A stretch of DNA of 64,000 nucleotides from Pseudomonadota bacterium (GCA_039714975.1 JBDLIH010000001.1:34756-98755), one strand, 5' to 3'; positions 32,433 through 41,218 are shown, counted from the stretch's first letter. Program-made: numbers and translations. The notes: generated from the sequence alone by a model not told the origin.

Positions 32433-32750
32433 GCAGTCGTGGCCGGAGTGTGACATTCACACTGATTTGATTGAGGAAACAGATTGAATGCGTACAAAGC
32501 CTAAACACGGCTGCTTCTTTCTGAATCCCCAAGAATCAGTTTACGGCCCCAATGTAACCTGGAGGAGTGGCAGCACTGAGACGCACACTGTGTGATCTAC
32601 TTACAATTCAAACTGTGATGACATCCGCAAGGTGTCTCGCGCCCAAGGCCGCTCTACGGCGAGAATGACCATTCAGCCGGATCTGTTCAGCCCGCATTCA
32701 GCGAACATTGCCTATCCTGTCTGTGAACCATGAAAAACAGGAGACAGACA

Positions 32751-33278
32751 ATGAAACGCATAATGACTGTAATGACATTCGGTATTTCGGTACTGGCATT
32801 CTCCGGTGCGGCCGTCTCGGGGCATGGCTTCATTGACAAGGCCAGGGTCGTCGAGGCGACACCACTGTATGAAACCGTTGAAGTGGCGCAACCTGTCAGG
32901 GAGTGCTGGACCGAAAGGGTCACCCGCAACAGCCATGGGCATGGGTCCTATGTCGCACCGATTGCCGGTGGTATTGTCGGCGGCGTGCTCGGCCACCAGT
33001 TCGGCGGGGGGCGTGGGAAAACAGCGCTGACCGTCGCCGGTACACTGCTTGGCGCCTCACTCGGACACGGCTACAGCACCTCCCACCACCAGCCACGGTC
33101 CACGGTTGAATACATGGAACGCTGTGAGACCGTTGATCGTTATGAACAGCAGCAACAACGCGTCGGCTATCGTGTAAAATACCGCTATGAGGGACAAACC
33201 TACTACACTGAAACCACTGAGCACCCGGGTAAATTTATACCGGTGCGCGTCAGGGTCTCGCCGGCTAACGGCATTTGA
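32751..33278 (+). CDS. Glycine-zipper (2TM) outer-membrane lipoprotein-like protein
   Basis: ATG 32751 with AGGAGA RBS (M8 of track ORF). Signal peptide, then GGIVGGVLGHQFGGGRGKTALTVAGTLLGASLGHG glycine zipper. C-terminal RVGYRVKYRYEGQTYYT motif shared with the paralog at 35760..36158. Confidence 0.7.
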   Translation: MKRIMTVMTFGISVLAFSGAAVSGHGFIDKARVVEATPLYETVEVAQPVRECWTERVTRNSHGHGSYVAPIAGGIVGGVLGHQFGGGRGKTALTVAGTLLGASLGHGYSTSHHQPRSTVEYMERCETVDRYEQQQQRVGYRVKYRYEGQTYYTETTEHPGKFIPVRVRVSPANGI

Positions 33279-33300
33279 TGCCGTATCACACACCATACCT

Positions 33301-33609
33301 ATGACCTGGGCACGACTGATTACTGCCTGGCTGACCCTGTTACTGGCCACCGGCCCGGTAATCGCGGCTCCGTTTCATCACCCCCCCCTGCAAATTGCGC
33401 AACGCGACAATGCAGGCAGAGGCGGCATCAGCCTGGACGAGGCAGTCGCGCAGACACGGCAGCAACACAAAGGCAAGGTCCTGTCTGCGGAGACCACCCG
33501 CGTCGACGGCCGCAAGGTCTACCGCATCAAGATCCTGACGAAGGACGGGCGGGTCAAGCGCACCCGCATAGATGCCCGTACCGGGCAAACAATGTCACGC
33601 GGACGTTGA
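33301..33609 (+). CDS. PepSY-domain periplasmic protein
   Basis: ATG 33301 (M39 of track ORF). Signal peptide, then KGKVLSAETTRVDGRKVYRIKILTKDGRVKRTRIDARTG (PepSY beta-hairpin). Stop lies 4 nt before the response regulator start. Confidence 0.65.
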   Translation: MTWARLITAWLTLLLATGPVIAAPFHHPPLQIAQRDNAGRGGISLDEAVAQTRQQHKGKVLSAETTRVDGRKVYRIKILTKDGRVKRTRIDARTGQTMSRGR

Positions 33610-33612
33610 GTC

Positions 33613-34296
33613 ATGCATATCCTGGTTGTCGAGGACGAAACCCGCCTGCGGGAACAACTCAGGAAGCGCCTGCGTGACAGCGGCTACGCCGTCGATGTAG
33701 CGGCCGACGGTGAAGAAGGCCTGTACTATGGCGAAGAATATCCACTCGACATGGCAATTATCGATATCGGGCTGCCGAAACTGTCCGGCATCGAACTGAT
33801 CCGCCGCCTGCGTGCCCGGGACAAGCATTTCCCTATCCTGATCCTGACGGCCAGGGGCAACTGGCAGGACAAGGTGGAAGGCCTGGAGAGCGGCGCCGAT
33901 GATTACCTGGTCAAACCGTTTCGCTTCGAAGAACTCGAGGCGCGCTTGAATGCCCTGCTGCGACGCGCATCCGGCTGGTCGAAACCGGTGCTGGACTGTG
34001 GACCGGTTTCGCTGGACACCGGCAAACAATGCATCACGGTCTCCGGCAGTCCCGTGGAACTGACCGCCTTCGAGTACCGGGTGCTGGAGTACCTGATGCT
34101 GCATGCCGGTGAGGTCATCTCCAAGACCGAATTGACGGACAATCTCTACGAGCAGGATTACGACCGTGACAGTAACGTACTGGAAGTTTTCATAGGACGA
34201 CTGCGCCGCAAGCTGGACCCGGACAACACCATCAACCCCATAGAAACACTGCGTGGCCGCGGTTATCGATTCCGGCTGGAAGCAAACGCCGGCTGA
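33613..34296 (+). CDS. OmpR/PhoB-family response regulator (PhoP-like)
   Basis: MHILVVEDETRLRE...D51-type receiver, winged-helix C-terminus (TLRGRGYRF). 227 aa. Confidence 0.9.
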   Translation: MHILVVEDETRLREQLRKRLRDSGYAVDVAADGEEGLYYGEEYPLDMAIIDIGLPKLSGIELIRRLRARDKHFPILILTARGNWQDKVEGLESGADDYLVKPFRFEELEARLNALLRRASGWSKPVLDCGPVSLDTGKQCITVSGSPVELTAFEYRVLEYLMLHAGEVISKTELTDNLYEQDYDRDSNVLEVFIGRLRRKLDPDNTINPIETLRGRGYRFRLEANAG

Positions 34297-35645
34297 TGCA
34301 TTCCCTGCACAGTCGACTGCTACTGGCTGCTTCCCTGGTACTTGCCGGATTCCTCGGCGCAACCGGTCTCGCGCTCGACAAGGCCTTTCGTGTCAGTGCC
34401 GAGGCCGCCATGCAGGACCGCCTGCAGTCTCATGTCTACGCCCTGCTCGCTGCTGCAGACGAAGATGGGGACGGCCGCATGATCCCGGCAGATGAGCTAC
34501 CGGAGCCACGTTTTTCGAAACCGGACTCAGGTCTGTATGCTGTTATCAGCAACCACGACAGTGAACCGCTGTGGCACTCCGGTTCACTGACCGGCCGGGA
34601 CTTTGACCTGGGGGAACAGCAAAAACCCGGTGAGCGCCGCTTTAACCGGCTTGCCCGTTCGGGCATGCAACTGTATGCCCTCGCGTATGGCGTCGCCTGG
34701 GAAGACTATGCCGGTACGGAATCACTGTATACGTTCACTGTGGCAGAAGACACCTCTGTGTTCCAGGCAGAGATTGACAGTTTCCGCTCCACCCTGTGGC
34801 GCTGGCTTGGCGGCATGGCACTGGTGTTGCTGCTCGCGCAGGGTTTCATCCTGCGTTGGGGCTTGCGGCCACTGCGGACCGTCACCGCCGACCTGCAACA
34901 GATCGAACAGGGCCGCACTGACCGCCTTGACGGACACTACCCCAAAGAACTCACCGGCCTGACCTCCAGCCTGAATTCCCTGGTCGAACACAGCAAGGCA
35001 GTACAGGTCCGATACCGCAACAGCCTCGATGACCTCGCCCACAGCCTGAAAACACCTTTGGCCATTTTGCAGTCCAGTGATGCAGACGACCGCAGCGACC
35101 CGGGTGACAATCACGCCCTGGTCAGGGAACAGGTGGAACGCATGGATGAAATCATCAGCCATCAACTGCAACGTGCCGCCGTATCCGGCCGGACCACACT
35201 GGCCAAACCGGTGCCGGTCAGCAAGGTCGTGGAACGGCTGGTGCGCTCCCTCGACAAGGTGTACCGGGAAAAACACGTGACGGTTGAGCTGGAACTGGAT
35301 CCGTCAGTCACCTTCACCGGCGACAAGGCCGACCTGACGGAGATCCTGGGTAACCTGCTGGAGAATGCCTACAAGTACTGTCACCATGCGGTGCGGGTCA
35401 GCGTGAGCACTGATCAACAGGCCGATGGCGTTGAGATCAGAATCGAAGATGACGGCCCGGGCATAACACCTGAACAGGTCGACACACTCCTGCAACGCGG
35501 CAGGCGCATGGACGAGTCAATACCCGGCCAGGGCATCGGCCTGAGCATGGCCAACGAGATTATTACCGTGTACGGCGGTCAACTGGTATTTGCTGCCAGC
35601 CCTCTGGGGGGCACCTTGTTGCGGGTAATATTCAACGATCAATAG
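34296..35645 (+). CDS. Sensor histidine kinase (PhoQ-like)
   Basis: Two TMs flanking a periplasmic domain, HAMP, H-box LAHSLKTPLAIL, N/G boxes NLLENAYKY...DDGPGI...GQGIGLS. 449 aa. Confidence 0.88.
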   Translation: MHSLHSRLLLAASLVLAGFLGATGLALDKAFRVSAEAAMQDRLQSHVYALLAAADEDGDGRMIPADELPEPRFSKPDSGLYAVISNHDSEPLWHSGSLTGRDFDLGEQQKPGERRFNRLARSGMQLYALAYGVAWEDYAGTESLYTFTVAEDTSVFQAEIDSFRSTLWRWLGGMALVLLLAQGFILRWGLRPLRTVTADLQQIEQGRTDRLDGHYPKELTGLTSSLNSLVEHSKAVQVRYRNSLDDLAHSLKTPLAILQSSDADDRSDPGDNHALVREQVERMDEIISHQLQRAAVSGRTTLAKPVPVSKVVERLVRSLDKVYREKHVTVELELDPSVTFTGDKADLTEILGNLLENAYKYCHHAVRVSVSTDQQADGVEIRIEDDGPGITPEQVDTLLQRGRRMDESIPGQGIGLSMANEIITVYGGQLVFAASPLGGTLLRVIFNDQ

Positions 35646-35656
35646 GCCTCTGAATG

Positions 35657-35750
35657 TCGTCATTGCGAGCGCAGCGTGGCAATCTCGTAATGCAGACTGG
35701 TTGTTCAGAGATTGCTTCGTCACTTTGTTCCTCGCAATGACGGCGTTTTA
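35657..35750 (+). terminator. Long-loop inverted repeat followed by T-run (putative terminator for the kinase gene)
   Basis: GTCGTCATTGCGAG (35657-35670) and CTCGCAATGACGGC (35731-35744) are reverse complements (13 of 14), followed by GTTTTATTT. Confidence 0.35.
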
Positions 35751-35759
35751 TTTAAACTG

Positions 35760-36158
35760 TCAATGCATCGGCGACAGGCTGACATTTACTGGCATCTGCT
35801 TACCAGGATCGTAAGACATCCGGGTGGTCTCCGTCTCCCTGCCATAACGATAGGTCACCCGATAAGCACTAATGTGTTCACGGGCACGTTGTTCTGTGAC
35901 GTTTCTGCAACGGCGCTGTTGCTGCCACAGACGTGCCTGACTTCGGATATCCTCACCGATGGTCGCCGCGACCCCGTTAAACTCACGCGCCGAACTGTCC
36001 GGTTCCGTGCACACCCGGCGTGTGACCGGCTCATAGCGTGTCTCAATAATCGGCTCCACGTTCAGCACCGGGGCAAAGGCCTGGTATTCAACGGCGTTTG
36101 CGAAACTGCTTATGCAGCTGGTAAATAACAGGATCCCTAGCAGTATTTCAGTTTTCAT
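35760..36158 (-). CDS. YMGG-like lipoprotein paralog (shares C-terminal motif with 32751..33278)
   Basis: ATG 36158 with AGGAAAG RBS (the track M1 is TTG). Signal/lipobox LLFTSC. C-terminal YRVTYRYGRETETTRMSYDPGKQMPVNVSLSP parallels RVGYRVKYRYEGQTYYTETTEHPGKFIPVRVRVSP of the upstream paralog. Confidence 0.6.
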   Translation of the reverse strand: MKTEILLGILLFTSCISSFANAVEYQAFAPVLNVEPIIETRYEPVTRRVCTEPDSSAREFNGVAATIGEDIRSQARLWQQQRRCRNVTEQRAREHISAYRVTYRYGRETETTRMSYDPGKQMPVNVSLSPMH

Positions 36159-36234
36159 TTGTCTTTCCTGCAATTAACCCCTTCGCGCCTTGCAGGCGCG
36201 AACAAAGATTGCCTGTAATTTTCATTTGCAGCAT

Positions 36235-37029
36235 TTATCCAAATCCCATCTTGCCGAGCAACTGCTGCCCCCTGCTCCGCTCAGCCTCATTGGCATACAA
36301 CATCACCACGTCGAAACCGCCAGCCGCTCGACGAAACCAGTCCAGGCGCAACTCGCCGAATCCGGGCTGCAGCCGGTCAACAAAGGCGGCCGCGCGGTAG
36401 GGACGGGAAAAATGGATAATGAACAGGCGACCCTGTCCCGAATAGCGTTGCCCTGGAGCAGCACGACCTGCCTCGCTACGACCATTCAGGACGTAATCAA
36501 GATGCCGCATGATGTAGGCGCTGTACCAGACCGCACCTTCCGGCAAGCGCCCACCGGAAACAGGAATCCGTTCAGGTCCGTAATTATAGGCCGCCAGGGT
36601 GCGATTCAGATCGCCATGATAGCGTTGCTGCAATTCCTTCAGGTAGCGCGCACCTGCATCAACATTAGTACAGGGGTCCAGCACCTCGGACAATCGCTCC
36701 AGACCCAGGTGTTTTGCCGTGCCGGGCCAGAGTATCTGCATCAGCCCGTAGGCATTGGCCTTTGAACGGGCCATTGGTTTGAAATCACTCTCACCCCTGG
36801 CAACGGCCAGTAACAGGGTTTCCGGCAGGTCGTGAGCAATCGCCGCGCGACTGAAACACTGTGCGTATGGAAATTCCAGCGCCGGTTGGGTCTGTTGTGC
36901 AGACTTCGCATACGTCTGCCAGCGTGCTTCCAGTACCCGACTATCAATCGACGGATCTGTTTTTGCGTCAACCGAGATAGCCCGCAGCAAACCCGCACAG
37001 AGTACCACTGTCAATGAATGCCGCATCAT
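36235..37029 (-). CDS. Lytic transglycosylase (SLT domain) with C-terminal SPOR-like domain
   Basis: Signal peptide. ARGESDFKPMARSKANAYGLMQILWPGTAKHLG...AAYNYG (SLT catalytic motifs). C-terminal about 80 aa (GRLFIIHFSRPYRAAAFVDRLQ...FDVVMLYANEAERS) resembles the SPOR fold. Last gene of the seven-gene operon. Confidence 0.7.
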   Translation of the reverse strand: MMRHSLTVVLCAGLLRAISVDAKTDPSIDSRVLEARWQTYAKSAQQTQPALEFPYAQCFSRAAIAHDLPETLLLAVARGESDFKPMARSKANAYGLMQILWPGTAKHLGLERLSEVLDPCTNVDAGARYLKELQQRYHGDLNRTLAAYNYGPERIPVSGGRLPEGAVWYSAYIMRHLDYVLNGRSEAGRAAPGQRYSGQGRLFIIHFSRPYRAAAFVDRLQPGFGELRLDWFRRAAGGFDVVMLYANEAERSRGQQLLGKMGFG

Positions 37030-37031
37030 GA

Positions 37032-37562
37032 CTACTCCAGCTCCAGTCCGGTGACGTCCTCAATTTGAGCGACCATTGCCTGTCGCTCACCGTCATCCCG
37101 GTAACTGAAGACCACCTGGTAATTTTCCGGCCCCTCGCTGATCACTTCCACGGGCACCCCGGTGGCCAGTGTCAGGCGTCGTGCAAACCCCTGTGCGGCC
37201 CACTCACTCCGGAAGGGACTCCAGACCAGGTAATGTGATACCTCCGTGGCCTCATTGCGGTAGGCCGTTTCGTAGCTTGCCATGGATTGATTCCATGACT
37301 GCGGTGTAATCTCAATGTCATCATCGTCAACATCCGGCCGGGATTTCTCATCATGGCTGCTGGCATCGGCAGCCGGAATTACCACGTCCCCAATGACGAC
37401 ATCCTCTGCCGGTACCGGTCCGACGGGTATATCTGCTGCGCTGCTGACGGTCAGCTGTACCGGCACCTGTACTGATGATGGAGACATACCGGCACCCAGA
37501 GCCAGTAAAAAGATGGCCAGCATCAGCAATGCACCCACAAGCATTCCAATTCCCCGTGTCAT
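37032..37562 (-). CDS. SPOR-domain membrane protein
   Basis: Start ATG 37562 forms an ATGA overlap with the stop of the upstream lipoprotein gene. TM helix, acidic linker, C-terminal SPOR domain (YLVWSPFRSEWAAQGFARRL...YQVVFSYRDDGERQAMVAQI). Confidence 0.65.
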   Translation of the reverse strand: MTRGIGMLVGALLMLAIFLLALGAGMSPSSVQVPVQLTVSSAADIPVGPVPAEDVVIGDVVIPAADASSHDEKSRPDVDDDDIEITPQSWNQSMASYETAYRNEATEVSHYLVWSPFRSEWAAQGFARRLTLATGVPVEVISEGPENYQVVFSYRDDGERQAMVAQIEDVTGLELE

Positions 37563-38995
37563 GGCAGTCGCCTCGCTGTCCATACCGTGTGATCAGGGTT
37601 CGACGCAATCAGGCGGTCAAGCCTGTCCAGCCATTGGTCGCGGTTTTCAGTGCCTGTGTGCAGACCACTGACATCACTGCAGGCATCGGGCACGTCGCTC
37701 AACAGCTGGCTGAATTGCCGCCGCTGTTCCACACCCGTGACGGCAATGGCATAGACCGTTGGCCAATCGGACGACGTGAAACGTGATTCAGGAAACCGGT
37801 ACGCATGTCTACCCGGGTGTGACTGCACGGTGGACGTCGTGTCACAGGCACCGGATAGTTGACTAATACCGTCTTTGCTACCGTGTGCAATCACAAATAC
37901 CTGCCCGGCCTGCCCGACATCCACTTCCAGTACCGGGCAACCGCGCAAGCCGTCGCTGCAACCGTCACGATAGGCATTACTGCTTGCGTACCGCACCAGT
38001 TCCATGCGGCTTATGGTCGGCGTCATGCCGCTGTTTTCCTGTACCACGCTGTGCGTGCCGGGACTGTTGGGGCTATTGCCGGCAGGCGGGATACGGACGT
38101 AGGTCGCCGTGTCCATGCCGGCAAGGTGTACGCCGGAGTCCCCGGGATGCAGTACCACCCAAACCTGGTAAAGGTCCGGCTGTATCATGTGGGTCTCACC
38201 ACGAAGAACAAGGTTCGCTTGCCGGCCTGCATCGGTCACCTGCACCTCGCGGTAACGTGACAGGTTGTTGCCGATCAGGCCCAGCAGGGTGCGCAGCTGT
38301 GGCTGATCAGAGCTAATCTGATCGACCTTGATTTTCAGGTCTTCCACATCCTGCTGACGTAGCAGGCAACTCAGGTTGTTGGCCAGGTAAGTAGCGGCCA
38401 GGTCCGGCTGTCCGGCACTGAAGGGCAAGACCCTGAGACCCCGCAGTGACTCATCTGTATGCCGCACTTGCAGGGCACGTAACTCACTGCCGGTCAGATT
38501 CCCCGACCAGTGATGACCGAAACCGCTGACCCATTCACCCGCCTTGACATCCAGGGCACGCACCGACACCCGAAAGCGGGCCGTGGCTGTGCGTGTTATT
38601 TCGATACCAATAAAATAACTGGCATCACGGATTCTGCCGCACTGCACCTGGTCCAGCCGACGATGATGTTGCACCTGCTGTTGTTGCGGTTGCCAGGGCA
38701 CGTGGACGCCCGGGATTTTCAGCAGACTGTCCATAAGCTGGTCACGCATACCGCGCGTTAAACCGTCAATATCCGGCTGTATATCATCGCCATCGAGGCG
38801 CACAATAATCACGGGTTCGCCCTTGAAGCGTGGATGCTGGCCCAGTTGTTGCGACACATAGGGTGCGAGCTCGGTAGCCACCCAGTCCTGCAGCAAGGAC
38901 TCTGTGCTGTGTCCGGAACGCAAGGGCGTCTGGCTGCAGCCTGCAGTCAATAGCAGGACCAGTAATGCAAACAGGGTGTGTCGCCCGGTCATCAT
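37559..38995 (-). CDS. Large uncharacterised lipoprotein
   Basis: Start ATG 38995 (M54 of track ORF), 4 nt after the stop of the upstream coiled-coil gene. Lipobox LLLTAGCSQ. 478 aa with no recognisable catalytic motif. Confidence 0.6.
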   Translation of the reverse strand: MMTGRHTLFALLVLLLTAGCSQTPLRSGHSTESLLQDWVATELAPYVSQQLGQHPRFKGEPVIIVRLDGDDIQPDIDGLTRGMRDQLMDSLLKIPGVHVPWQPQQQQVQHHRRLDQVQCGRIRDASYFIGIEITRTATARFRVSVRALDVKAGEWVSGFGHHWSGNLTGSELRALQVRHTDESLRGLRVLPFSAGQPDLAATYLANNLSCLLRQQDVEDLKIKVDQISSDQPQLRTLLGLIGNNLSRYREVQVTDAGRQANLVLRGETHMIQPDLYQVWVVLHPGDSGVHLAGMDTATYVRIPPAGNSPNSPGTHSVVQENSGMTPTISRMELVRYASSNAYRDGCSDGLRGCPVLEVDVGQAGQVFVIAHGSKDGISQLSGACDTTSTVQSHPGRHAYRFPESRFTSSDWPTVYAIAVTGVEQRRQFSQLLSDVPDACSDVSGLHTGTENRDQWLDRLDRLIASNPDHTVWTARRLP

Positions 38996-38999
38996 GGCA

Positions 39000-39968
39000 T
39001 CACTTCTCCAGTACCACCTGACCGTCACTGCGGATGACCAGCACCCCACCCTGCTGCCCCCGTGTCTGTTCTCCCTGCATAAGCAAGGCAATGGCCGCTT
39101 TTGTAGCCACGGGCAATTGCACTCCCCAGACCACGAGGGGCCGGGCGATGCCATCTACCGTGTTTTCAAGACCGTGAATATAATGTTCCGGAACGGTCGT
39201 TGCCGACATCTCATGAAACCATCCCGGGAAAGGGACCGGCATAACGACAGGCCGGCCTGCATCCATCGAGAGGCGCCACGCCTGCTGATCGACCATGCCG
39301 TACAGCGAAACGCTACCCGCCGTGACCAGTCGGTCCAGTGCGGCATCGGTAGCGAAACGCAAGGTAAATCCCTGCTTGTCGGGTACAGGCCTGGCTACGG
39401 GCACGGGCTGGTCTGTATTCTGTTGCGACTGACGCTTGACCGCCGCTATTTCCTCACGGTTATGATCAAGCTGCTCCTGCGTGCTCAGAAGTCGTCCGCT
39501 GAGTTGCTCGGGATTGTGTGCTTGCTGCGCCGAATCCTGTTCGATGTCAGCCAGCGCCTGGCGTCCCTGATCAAGCTGACGGTCCAGATTCTCCAGCCGG
39601 GTTTCGAGTCGGTCGCGCAACTCGCGCGCCTGTTGAGTTTGCCCGGCAAGCTGTACAAGGTGTTTTTTTGAGTCAGTCAAAACCTGCTGCGTGCGGTCCT
39701 TTTCTGATTTCAGTGCCTGCAACTCGGCCTGCAGTTCCCGCAGCTGTTGCTGCTGCGCCCGGATTTCCTGCCGTATCCTTGCCGCCTGTAAGACCAGCGC
39801 CGGTTTACCCTGCTCCTGCACCGGAATACCTTGCACCAGCGCAAACACCGCCATCAGACACAGTCCGATAATTGACATGAAGCGCATGACATCCGTTTGC
39901 AGGGCATCGGTATCACTGCCTGCAGCAGAGGCTGATAAAAATCTTGCATGTCGACGGCGCCGGATCAT
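39000..39968 (-). CDS. Single-pass membrane protein with long coiled-coil (uncharacterised; partner of MotA/ExbB-like channel)
   Basis: Start ATG 39968 overlaps the stop of the MotA-like gene (ATGA). TM MRFMSIIGLCLMAVFALV, then about 130 aa of heptad-rich coiled coil (LRELQAELQALKSEKDRTQQ...), then a globular C-terminal domain. Confidence 0.6.
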   Translation of the reverse strand: MIRRRRHARFLSASAAGSDTDALQTDVMRFMSIIGLCLMAVFALVQGIPVQEQGKPALVLQAARIRQEIRAQQQQLRELQAELQALKSEKDRTQQVLTDSKKHLVQLAGQTQQARELRDRLETRLENLDRQLDQGRQALADIEQDSAQQAHNPEQLSGRLLSTQEQLDHNREEIAAVKRQSQQNTDQPVPVARPVPDKQGFTLRFATDAALDRLVTAGSVSLYGMVDQQAWRLSMDAGRPVVMPVPFPGWFHEMSATTVPEHYIHGLENTVDGIARPLVVWGVQLPVATKAAIALLMQGEQTRGQQGGVLVIRSDGQVVLEK

Positions 39969-40630
39969 TGCTCTTCCTGCAAACCACAGGGCGTGCTGCT
40001 GCGTGCACTCGCACAGTCGATAGACTCGCGTATATCACTGAGCAATGCCTCCACCCGGTTGGCGTGGTGCTGTTCCTGTTCCTCGTAGTAGCGACTCAGC
40101 CGGGTACCCAACAGCGAACTCTTGGTCACCCGCATCACGTAGCCGCCAATGCCACCCACGATGGTGGTCGTCAGCGCAGTCAGAATGCCGCCTTCCACCA
40201 AACGCTGCAGCACGGCAGAGGCACCGGCTTCCGCGGCCGCATCTGTATCACCGAGTGCAAACAACAGGGCACTGCGCATACCGATCGCGGTCCAGATTAC
40301 GCCAATACCAAAGAACAGACTGGTCCACACATCGTTCAAATGCTCGAGCTGACTGATCTCATCGAGTGGGCGGTTGTCGTCCAGCCATTGTTTCAAGGTC
40401 CGCAGACTGTGGATATACAAGCCCAGGGTGATACCGAAAGGCAGCACGGATAACCCCAGATTACGGCGGCTCCACTCAAACAGCACCTGAACCTGTGGCA
40501 CTTCGAGAACGGATACCGAGATGAGCTCGAGTACTGTCAGCAGGTACACCACCACCAGGCCGGTGATAAAGCTGAGCATCATACCCAGCAACATGCCGTT
40601 GAAAAAGCCGCGATCCTTCAGCCGTTTCAT
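39965..40630 (-). CDS. MotA/TolQ/ExbB proton-channel family protein (orphan, no ExbD/TolR/MotB partner nearby)
   Basis: 221 aa, 4 predicted TMs. The last two (LNDVWTSLFFGIGVIWTAIGM and GGILTALTTTIVGGIGGYVM) match the conserved channel helices of the MotA_ExbB family (GLLGTV.GM / A.ITT..GL pattern). Confidence 0.65.
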   Translation of the reverse strand: MKRLKDRGFFNGMLLGMMLSFITGLVVVYLLTVLELISVSVLEVPQVQVLFEWSRRNLGLSVLPFGITLGLYIHSLRTLKQWLDDNRPLDEISQLEHLNDVWTSLFFGIGVIWTAIGMRSALLFALGDTDAAAEAGASAVLQRLVEGGILTALTTTIVGGIGGYVMRVTKSSLLGTRLSRYYEEQEQHHANRVEALLSDIRESIDCASARSSTPCGLQEEQ

Positions 40631-40636
40631 TGTTGC

Positions 40637-41194
40637 TTACTCAATCGGCCCACAGGCCTCGCAGGTGGCCTCCAGTACCAGTTCAGTTTCCTGGTAAAGG
40701 TTACTGGCACGTGTATAGTTGAGCCGGTCGACACTGATCCTGAGCAGACCCTGCTCCTTGTCAGCCAGTTCCCGGTTCATGTCACGCATGACCTCGGACT
40801 GCTGCGGGCAGGTCTGTGCGCAGACACTGTAATCACTCACCAGGGACACGTACTTGATACCAAAATAACGGTTATAGATTTCCCGCGCCTGACGCTTGCT
40901 CAACAGGCCGGCATCATTTGCCCACAACAGGAAGTCGCTGAAACTGGCCTTGTTTTCCTTTTTCGGGTCACCCTCTGCAATCGTCAGCAGGCGCTGGAAA
41001 TAGGCATCGAACTCATGTTCGCAACCGGTTTCCAGGTCAAAGCGTGCAGCACTGATGGCGTGTTCCAGGTTCGGCCCCTCCGGCAGGCTGCAGGCCGTTG
41101 CCCTGGTTGTATTACTGCTACAGGCCGCCAGTGAGGTCGTGATGACAGCCAGCGTGAAGAGTCCGGTCAGTTTTGTTTTCATTGATGCGTTCAT
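40637..41194 (-). CDS. Uncharacterised Cys-rich lipoprotein
   Basis: Lipobox SLAACSS. 185 aa with 8 cysteines including a C-terminal CEACG. No family recognised. Confidence 0.5.
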   Translation of the reverse strand: MNASMKTKLTGLFTLAVITTSLAACSSNTTRATACSLPEGPNLEHAISAARFDLETGCEHEFDAYFQRLLTIAEGDPKKENKASFSDFLLWANDAGLLSKRQAREIYNRYFGIKYVSLVSDYSVCAQTCPQQSEVMRDMNRELADKEQGLLRISVDRLNYTRASNLYQETELVLEATCEACGPIE

Positions 41195-41218
41195 GATGGT
41201 TCTCCAGTTCAGTTACTG

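Noticed and set aside
39518-40023. Plus-strand ORFs 39518..39871 and 39691..40023 (Pro/Ala/Cys-rich)
   Set aside because: Antisense to the coiled-coil and MotA-like genes; low-complexity GC-frame artefacts.
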